From NCBI GenBank assembly GCA_964016885.1, contig OZ024740.1, forward strand, positions 309,566,001 through 309,630,000: 64,000 nucleotides of DNA, read 5' to 3'. The notes beneath the pieces were generated by a model. It was not told the DNA's origin and did not search any database. It was given only the letters and a program-made list of their open reading frames with translations. Shown in pieces: positions 54,586-64,000 of this stretch (position 1 is its first letter; each line of letters begins with the position of its first letter). The translations under genes and the position numbers were made by a program. Origin of the DNA: Eledone cirrhosa. Its lineage: Eukaryota.

Positions 54586-55556
54586 TAGCATTAAAGCCCG
54601 ACGTTGCTCGGGGTCAGTAAGTTACCAAAGTTAAGTTGCACCACCCATTTTATGGCAGTACTTTTTTGTCTGCCCGGCACGGCTGAATGAATTGCAGACC
54701 TGGACTGCCGAAGCAGGAGCTGCGCCAGCAGTGACAATTGTAGTTTCGCCTATGGATATTATCTCTGTGCAAAGAAGTGTTGAAATTTAATGTTTCACAG
54801 TACTTGCGCAACACGCGCGTAGACGATGCCAGCCGAACAACAGAGCTGCGATGGAGTTGTTCTGCATGGTTTTCTAATGTGTGTTTTCTAAATTTAAGAC
54901 AGTAGGGAGGGGTATGATATGGGGGAGAGTTAGCTGCTGTTTCTAGCAGGTTTAGTGACCTCATAGAGGATATGTTTTCTAAATTTAAGACAGTAGGGAG
55001 TGGTTTGATATGGGGGAAAGTTAGTTGCTGTTTCTAGCAGGTTTAGTGACCTCATAGAGGATATTATTGTGTATAGTAAATGAACTGATACTTCTTTCTT
55101 CCACGTTCGTTGATAGATGTTTTAAAAAATATTTATCGCTATTTTTTTGTTTGTTGAATACATTTATCTGTTGCTTTTGAATAATTGTTGTTTCGTATGA
55201 AATGTAATAAGTTCTCTTTGTCATTGAAGTAAATAAATATTTGACCGTTCCACACTCAAAAACAAAAGTTCTCTCCCTCTCTCCCTCTCACACACTCTCT
55301 CTCTTAAAGTTTAAGGGGAGTAGAGAGAGGTTATCAGATGCTATTAGAGGGGTAAAGCGTCATGTACTTAATTTTATCGATTATTTCCCTAATCGTGGGT
55401 GAGTGTGACTGAAATAAATAGTTGTTGACCTAACTTAGACCATTTACACCATTCTCACAGACTTTGAGCCGAATCGGTTTGAAATTGTGCAAATGTATAA
55501 TCATGGAACATGCACACACACACACACAACAACAATCTGCCTTTTATAGATAATGA
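54585..55556 (-). mobile_element. Non-autonomous Helitron with both termini
   Basis: Minus strand A|TCATTATCTATAAAAGGCAG ... CCCGAGCAACGTCGGG hairpin, 8 nt, CTAG|T; internal ~90-bp tandem duplication at 54884-55063. Confidence 0.75.
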
Positions 55557-55890
55557 TATATATATTTATATATATAAATAAGTTCAAACAATGAAATAAA
55601 AAATTCAAGTCATTAGAAATATACTTCACTGCTTTACGATCGTTTCTAGGTGATGATAATACATAGTAACCAAACTTCGTTATCGATCTATGTATATATA
55701 TTCAGTAGTTAAGCAAATCAAGGTCACAAATTCACATAGAAGACATTTGTGGTCTTGATTTGCTTAACTACTAATATTTCCAGCTCCGTACACCTAACCT
55801 CAGCATGAATCCAGTTTTCCAACTGCTTTCCACTGCATATTGCACACCGAGCACTCACTTTTAAGCTTTGGCTTCTAACACCGTCACCAA

Positions 55891-55956
55891 TCTCTCCTAT
55901 CCTACTTCTATCTCTCCTATCCTACTTCTATCTCTCCTATCCTACTTCTATCTCTC
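55891..55956. repeat. 20-bp minisatellite, about 3.3 copies
   Basis: TCTCTCCTATCCTACTTCTA repeated. Confidence 0.9.
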
Positions 55957-55982
55957 TATTTAAGATTGGTTTACTCTTGAAC

Positions 55983-56045
<63 letters not shown>

Positions 56046-56130
56046 ATGTACACCACCACCACCACCACCACCACCACCACCACCACCACCACCACCACCA
56101 CCACCACCACCACCACCACCACCACCAACA

Positions 56131-56177
<47 letters not shown>

Positions 56178-56277
56178 AACGAGATACTAACAACAACAAC
56201 AACAATATATATAATAATATAATAAATGAGAAGAAACGAAAGTTATCATAAAGGATACCATCCGAAATAAGAAGCGA

Positions 56278-56350
56278 AGGGAATTAGCTCAGATGGTAGA
56301 ACGCTCGCTTAGCATGTGAGAGGTACCGGGTTCGATGCACGGATTCTCCA
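56278..56350 (+). tRNA. tRNA-Ala(AGC) variant, probable pseudogene
   Basis: A1, GAAC D-stem mismatch, CACGG T-stem mismatch. Confidence 0.7.
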
Positions 56351-57091
56351 GCAAAGGACATATTTTTAGGTGGGTAACCCTCAATATTTTAAAGTTTGAT
56401 ATCATATCTTGTGATAATTATCATCTTTATTATATTTTCATACCTATCTTGTTCTACTTATCAATCTATTTTATAATGGCCTAATCCAATATGTATAGTA
56501 AATCAAATATAAATATCTGTTATGACAGCCTAATAGAGCATCTGATATCTTAGTCGGTCTGTAATAAAACAGACAACCAGATTGATGTGTGGCCCAGGAC
56601 ACACATACACACACACACACACAATTATATTGAGAGAGAGGGAGAGAGTGAGATAAAAGCCAGCTCTTCTAAATTACTACTGAAAAGTTTACCTCTCGCC
56701 TTATACGCTTATATATGCATGCTTATATATACATGCTTATATAAGCGTATATTGGGATTGATAATCAAGGATGAAGAAATACAAGGAAATAAGTTGGAAC
56801 TGTTTCGGCAGAAAATAATAATAACATTATTATTTTGATTTAGGCACAAGGCCAGCAATTTTGGGTGAGGGGAAAGTTGATTAAATTCACCCCAGTGTAT
56901 TACTGCTATTTTATTATATCAACCACGTAACGATGAAAGGCAAAGCTAACCTCGGCGGGATTTGAACTCAGTCCGTAAAGGGACGTAACTGTGCTGCAAA
57001 GCATGGCGTCCGACCCTCCACCGATTTATACTATAATGAATGAGAGGAAAAGTCAGTTATTACAAAGGATACCATTCCAAATAACAAGCAA

Positions 57092-57164
57092 GGGGAATTA
57101 CCTCAGATGGTAGAGCGCTCGCTTAGCATGTGAGAGGTACCGGGATCGACGCCCGGATTCTCCA
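57092..57164 (+). tRNA. trnA-AGC: tRNA-Ala(AGC) variant (G10C)
   Basis: One D-stem/A-box substitution, otherwise canonical. Confidence 0.75.
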
Positions 57165-57455
57165 GTAACGGACATATTTATAGGTGGGTAACACTCTATG
57201 TTTTAAAGTTTTATATCATATCTTGTGATAATTATCATCTTTATTATATTTTAATACCTATCGTGTTCTATTTATCAGTCTATTTTATAACGGCCTTACC
57301 CCCATATGTATAGTAAATCAATATAAATATCTGTTACGTCAGCCTGCTACCCAATACAGCTTCTGATATTTTACTCGGTCTGTAAATACATAGGGATCAA
57401 TAAATCATTATTGCATCATATACATATCTAATAACATATTACATATGTTTCACTG

Positions 57456-57510
<55 letters not shown>

Positions 57511-57515
57511 ATCTA

Positions 57516-57559
<44 letters not shown>

Positions 57560-58008
57560 AATTTGTGTGTATAATTATGTGAATGTATGCATAAAAACCT
57601 AAGTGTAGAATTATGTATGCATATATAAGTGTACAAGTCGGTAGGTAAAATTATCAGCAGCAATTTAGGCTTTTATTTCACTCTGTCCCTCTCTCTCAAT
57701 ATAAATGTCTGTATGTTTCTCCTAGGGAACACACAGTAAGTTTGGTTGTCTGTTTATTACAGACCAACTAAGATATCAGAAGCTGTATTGAGTAGAAAGC
57801 TGATATAACATATATTTATATTTGATTCACTATACATATTGGGGGTAAGGCCATTGTAAAATAGACTGATAGGTAGAACAAGTGATAGGTATGAAAATAT
57901 AATAAAGTTGATAATTATCACAAGATATGATCTTCTTCTTCTTCTTCTTCTTCTTCTTCTTCTTCTTCTTCTTCTTCTTCTTCTTCTTCTTCTTCTTCTT
58001 CTTCTTGT

Positions 58009-58151
<143 letters not shown>

Positions 58152-58446
58152 TGTACGCATGTGTGTATGTATATTTGTATGTATGCATAAAAGCCTAAGT
58201 GTAGAAATATGTATACATATATATGCGAATAAGGCAAGAGGTAAAATTTTCAGTAGTAATTTAGATGAGCCGGCTTTTATCTGTCCCTCTCTTTCAATAT
58301 AAATGGGTGTGTATGTGTGACCTCGGTCACACATATAGTCCAGGTTGTCTATTTTATTACAGACCAACTAAGATATCAGAAGCCGTATCAGGTAGAAGGC
58401 TGACATAACCGATATTTATATTTGACTTACTATACATATGGGGTAA

Positions 58447-59240
58447 AATACTATCAAATCTTAGCTATGCAGACGATCTGGCCATCATGAGTTACTCTAG
58501 AACTGATCTGGAAGACTTTCTGAATGTACTGGCCAAACATTCGCTGGAGGCTGGCTTACACATCAACATCTCCGTAACAAAGTTATGACAACTGATAAAA
58601 ACAAGGCCAATCTCCAACTCACAATCTACAACCAGCAAATTGCTCAAGTTATGGAGTTTGTATATCTCGGTCACAAACTATCATCAAATAACATAAGAAT
58701 GGTTGCTGCGCAATATCGAATCGCTCTAGGTTGGGCAGCTTTCAATAAGAAGATGGAAGTACTAACATCAAAACGAGTTTCCTATCATTTGAAGGCTATG
58801 ATATTTGATACTTACATCCTATCAGTTGTGTTATATGGCATTGACTGTGTTAATTTGACGACAAGGTCACTACAAAAGCTCTCTACATCCCAGAACCACA
58901 TCATGAGACTTATGAAAGGCAAGCGGATCAGCAACTGTATCTGTATCAGTGAGCTGCTCAACATTACCAAAGTTAGACCAATTACATCAACTGTCAAGGT
59001 CAAGTCAAGAGTACTCGAACTATACGGTTATTTAAAAAGATCAACTCGTGGTGTGAGTAGGTTATGCCTGCAAGGTAGGTTGGCTGGTAAGAGAAGCAGA
59101 GGCCGGCAGCCAAAGCGATAGCTTGATAATGTCAACTAATAGACTAGACTTGATATTTGCTCTTTGAACTCTGCTGCTGGTGATCTAACTTTGTTGATGT
59201 GCATTGTGCATCTTGTGGAGTTTAATGTCACAAGAAAAAA
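58447..59240 (+). mobile_element. 5'-truncated RTE LINE with target-site duplication
   Basis: LSYADDLA, EFVYLG, GKRSRGRQPKR; TSD ACATATGG(G/A)GTAA at 58434-58446 and 59241-59253. Confidence 0.85.
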
Positions 59241-59375
59241 ACATATGGAGTAAGGCCGTTATAAAATAGACTGATAAGTGGAACAAGTGAAGATATAATA
59301 AAGATGATAATTATCACAAGATATGATATAAAACTTTAAAACATTGAGTGTCACCCACCTCAAAATGTCTTTTAC

Positions 59376-59432
59376 TGGAGAATCCGGGCATCGATCCCGG
59401 TACCTCTCGCATGCTAAGCGAGCTAATTCCCG
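59376..59432 (-). pseudogene. tRNA-Ala pseudogene lacking the D arm
   Basis: 16-nt deletion between two GCTC tetramers. Confidence 0.8.
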
Positions 59433-59503
59433 TTACCTGGTATTCTGAATGGTTCCTTTGTGATAACTTTCTTTTCTTCTCATTCATTATAGTATTATTT
59501 ATC

Positions 59504-59553
<50 letters not shown>

Positions 59554-59555
59554 GC

Positions 59556-59646
<91 letters not shown>

Positions 59647-59666
59647 GCTGCTGCTGCTGCTGCTGC

Positions 59667-59783
<117 letters not shown>

Positions 59784-60731
59784 GGTAAAGCGTCGGACAA
59801 TATGTTTTACGACACAGAGCACAGGCCACACATGTTCTACGTTTAAATCCCGCCGATGTTAGCTTTGTCTTTCATCGTTACTTGGTTGATATAATAAAGT
59901 AGCAGTAATACACTGAGGTTGATTTAATCGACTTTCCCCTCACCCAAAATTGCTGGCCTTGTGCCTAAATCATCATAATAATAATGATTTCTAGTATAGG
60001 CACAAGGCCAGTAATTTGTGGGGAGGGGAAAGTCGATTAAATCGATCCTAGTACGTTACTGGTACTTTATTATCGACACCGTAAGGATGAAAGGCAAAGT
60101 TAACCTCGTCGGGATTTGAACTCAGACACACACACACACACATATATATATATATGTATGTACGCATGCGTGAATATGTATCTGTGTGTATGCATAAAAA
60201 CCTATGTGTAGAAATACGTTTTAAGTCATAGAGTTACGGCCCTTTACATTCTACGTTGAAATCCCGCCGATGTTAGCTTTGTCTTTCATCGTTACGTGGT
60301 TGATATAATAAAGTAGCAGTAACGCACTGGAGTTGATTTAATCGACTCTCCCCTCACCCAAAATTGCTGGCCTTGTGCCTAAATCAAAATAATATTATTA
60401 TTATTATTTTCTACAACATTTCCTACTTATTTCCTTGTATTTCTTCATCCTTGATTGTGAATCCTAATCTTTTATCTTTCTTTTATTTTTCTTTGGCCAA
60501 GTAACCAATTGATGTAGTTCAGCCTCTTTATATATCTTATAAATAAAGACTATCGCTCATTGTTTCTGAGGAAGATGATGATATGAAGACTAGTAATATG
60601 TGATAACATACCCACTATCAGTAAAGCTATATATCGAATATCGATCTATCATGATCAAATGACCTCCTGAAACGATCGTAAAACATTGAACTAATTAAGC
60701 ACCAAACTTCTACTTTTGCTTTATTTTCATT

Positions 60732-60847
<116 letters not shown>

Positions 60848-61130
60848 ATATATATATATATATATATTTATGTATACAAAAAACAGGGAGCAATGAATCA
60901 GTATTGCATCATATACATACATATTTAATAACATATTACATATATTTCACTGTCGATATATGTATATATATATATATATATATATGCACAATTAAGCAAA
61001 GCATTTGGACAACCAATGAGGGAGAGAAATGAGGTGGAACAGAAATGAAACATGGATTGCATGTTAAACTGTAGTCTAGATAGATGAGAAACAAAATGAG
61101 GATGTAGTTTATGGATCACCCAAATTATTT

Positions 61131-61560
61131 AGAAGTCGACCTAAGTAGGAGCAATAACACTAAGAAAGACATAAACGAAGCCGCATCATTTTGTTTTGAA
61201 AAATTTTGAAAGTAGATTCATTAGTATGAATTTTCATGAAATTTGCGTAGTTGTCTTTGTGGCATAGTGGTAGGTACTATACACGATGGAGATCCTGACT
61301 TTGGGTTCAATCCTGGTCAAGAGATCCATGTAACCTATTTCAGTTTTTATAGAAAAAAGCTGAAAATGATTGCCGACCAGAATCGAACTTCAGACCAGGA
61401 TTACCAACGTCTATGATTCCTCCAACTAGGCCACCGAAACTGCGACAAAAGTATAATGAAAATTGATAATTATAAACCTACTTTCAAAATCAAAGTTAAA
61501 AAGACGTAATGTCGTTCATGGCTTTCCTAGAGCTATTAGTAATATTTAGGGTCGACTTCT
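61131..61560. repeat. ~430-bp imperfect palindrome with a tRNA-like segment in each arm
   Basis: AGAAGTCGACC/GGTCGACTTCT ends; TTTTGAAAGTAG/CTACTTTCAAAA; central TTTCAGTTTTT/AAAAAGCTGAAA. Confidence 0.75.
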
Positions 61561-61979
61561 GGTCATTATTGAAAGTTTCTGGATTTCGCAAAATACATGA
61601 TATTTTTATTGGAGAAGGTAAGATATTTTCTCGCAAAAATTTGATTGCATATATATATATATATATATATGAGGAAGTTATAGTTCACTTGAAGCATTGT
61701 GTAATGAGGTATAAACGTTTGAATTTGTAAAGCCAAACAATGCAGGTATGGACATAAATAAAAAATGCAAATGCAAAAGATATTGTTGACAATTAGTCTT
61801 TTACCTTAGATTTATTTAAATGTCCTTAATCTTCGAGATAATATCTCTTCTTCGGAGGGAAGTAAAGCGGTTAAACCAGTGTTCTAAATAGCTGGCAACA
61901 ATATCTTTTGCATTTTCGCTTCTGTATCTTTTATATCTCCATTGATTTTGCCGTGGAAAATGTGTGGAAATAATCAGTA

Positions 61980-63960
61980 AAAGCGAAGTGGAGTTCTGCG
62001 ACATCGACACAAATGAACTGGGCCTCCTACTTAGACTTACTTATGACACCGAGTACCTAGCTGTTTCTGCCCCAGTAGACCCGACCCATAAGAGATAGAC
62101 CGCCCCCACCATAACCTCAATGGCTAAAAAAACTCCCATGGGAAGATGGAATGGATGGTCCAAAGCCATACGGACACCCCAAAACAATGATCATGCAATA
62201 GGGGCTAGTATTAAAACTACCCTAAAAGGCCAAATGTTTAAATTTAACGAAAATATCTACACTCAGAATGAGGAAGCAGCCATTGGCGTCAGCATAGCTG
62301 GTGATCTTGCCAATCTATTTATGGTATGATGGGAGAGGAGACTCAGAGAACTCCATGAAGAGAACTCCATAGACCTCGTCATGTACTCTCGTTACGTAGA
62401 CGATATTAATATAGTAATAAGAACAGCCCCCCCCCCCCAAGAGAGTACTAATAAACATGATTTAGAAAATAGAACAATGGAGAGCATCCAGCAGATAGCT
62501 AACTCCATAACCAGAGTATAACTATAACTGTTGACTACCCTTCCAAACACCCTAACAGTAGACTACCTGTATTAGACACGGAACTCTGGATTAACACTAT
62601 AGACGAGAGGGACCAAATTCTCCACTCACACTATGCTAAAGCCATGGCCTCCAAATACCAGATACTTAAAATCTCACCAATGTCCAGTAGTGCTAAGTTT
62701 AATATTCTGATCGCAGACTTGGTAAGATTGATGAAGAATGTGTCCCGCATTGAAATGGAAAGACACATCCAACACTTCATCAACCGCATGCAGTTCTCTG
62801 GCTACAACCAAAGAGACAGAACCAGAGTATACAAAGGAGCCACAGAGAAATATAAGATCCTCATAGAAATGGACATGAAAGGAATTTGACCATTATACAG
62901 GAGCAAATGATGGAATAGCTTAGGTAGGACTAAACATAAGATAGGGAAGGAAGAGATACCAGTGTGTCATGTTCGTGGATGCTACTCCTGAAGGCAAATT
63001 AGCTAACCAATGTAGAAAGGCCCAAAGAAAGTCCTATTTAAAGATTAAAGTGGTAGAAAAGCCAGGAACTAAATCCCTGATCAGCAAAACATACTCCATT
63101 AAGAAAACCCAATGTACAAATAAGAAATATGTTATATGTAAAATGAACCCTCAGATAAACTGTAAAACTAGAAATGTAGTCTATAGCATAAGATGCACAG
63201 AGGGCACTTGCAGAAACATGACAACGGCATACATAGGTGAGACAGCTCGAAGCATAGAAGAAAGAATAGACCAACACTGGGGGGAATTAGCAAGACATAC
63301 CCGTTCCAAAGACCCTCATGTATAGATAAGAAATGTATAACCTGTAAAATAAGCCCCCATATTAACTGTAAAACTAGAAATGTAGTGTATAGCATAAGAT
63401 GTACTGAAGGACAATGTAGAAACAAAAATATAGTGTACATAGGTGAGACAGCTCGTAGTATAGGGGAACTGGTAAATGAACACTGGCGAGACCTTCAAGA
63501 TAATAAAGAATCATCTGTACTCTACCAACATGCTAAGATAGAACACAAGGGTAAATTAGAGAACATAGAAATAAAAATAGAATCCACACACAGAAAAGAT
63601 GCAATGTTTAGGCAAATTACAGAGGCAGTAAGCATAAAAGAATTACAACCAAAATTAAATAGAAAATATGAGTGGAACAGCAACATCACAACTTACAATT
63701 AAGGACAAAATGAAAACACACACACACATAGAACAAACAACCAACCAACAACATGTAAATAAATAAACAAATAGATAAATGAACACAAACACACACAGAC
63801 ACCCGGATGTGGCGCATGCGCAAACTGAGCACACAACACACACACAGAAACAAAATGGTGTAGGACAGAAGAAAGGAAAGGCACAGAAACAAAGAAAGGA
63901 ATCCCCAGTCACTGAAGAGGTCACAGAGTGTGTGACGAAAGGACTATGACTATATATAAA
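61980..63960 (+). mobile_element. Degenerate Penelope-like element (RT and GIY-YIG)
   Basis: GVSIAGDLANLFM, RYVDDI, LPVLDTELW, CKTRNVVYSIRC..YIGETARS, RQITEAV.I...P.LNRK.E. Confidence 0.85.
63907..63951 (+). ncRNA. Type I hammerhead motif at the Penelope 3' end
   Basis: AGTCA-CTGAAGA-G-GTCACA(GAGTG)TGTGAC-GAAA-GGAC-TA-TGACT. Confidence 0.7.
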
Positions 63961-64000
63961 CAACTATCTGGTTGTGGAACCAACCAACCATCCAGAAATT

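Overview
AT-rich, microsatellite-dense eukaryotic DNA, probably from an octopod cephalopod (inferred from the abundant tRNA-headed SINE with a GCCTTTCATCCTTACGGGGTCGATAAAATAAAGTACC core). No host protein-coding gene is supportable. The window is a tRNA-Ala(AGC) cluster: 20 full-length genes or variants, 2 internally deleted copies and 5 short 3' fragments, each inside a shared flanking module present in both orientations. From about 11.2 to 40.1 kb the module is amplified as a ~4.8-kb tandem array of five units. Each unit carries a dead, truncated Helitron Rep N-terminus beside three tRNA-Ala copies. An intact RTE-clade LINE (1181 aa, ending in three C2H2 fingers) interrupts the array, and a full-length but disrupted L1/Tx1 LINE terminates it. 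The flanks hold RTE, R4/Dong, CR1, CRE and Penelope remnants, a non-autonomous Helitron with both termini, several minimal type I hammerhead ribozyme motifs and several palindromic elements. All coordinates were read by eye and element boundaries are approximate.
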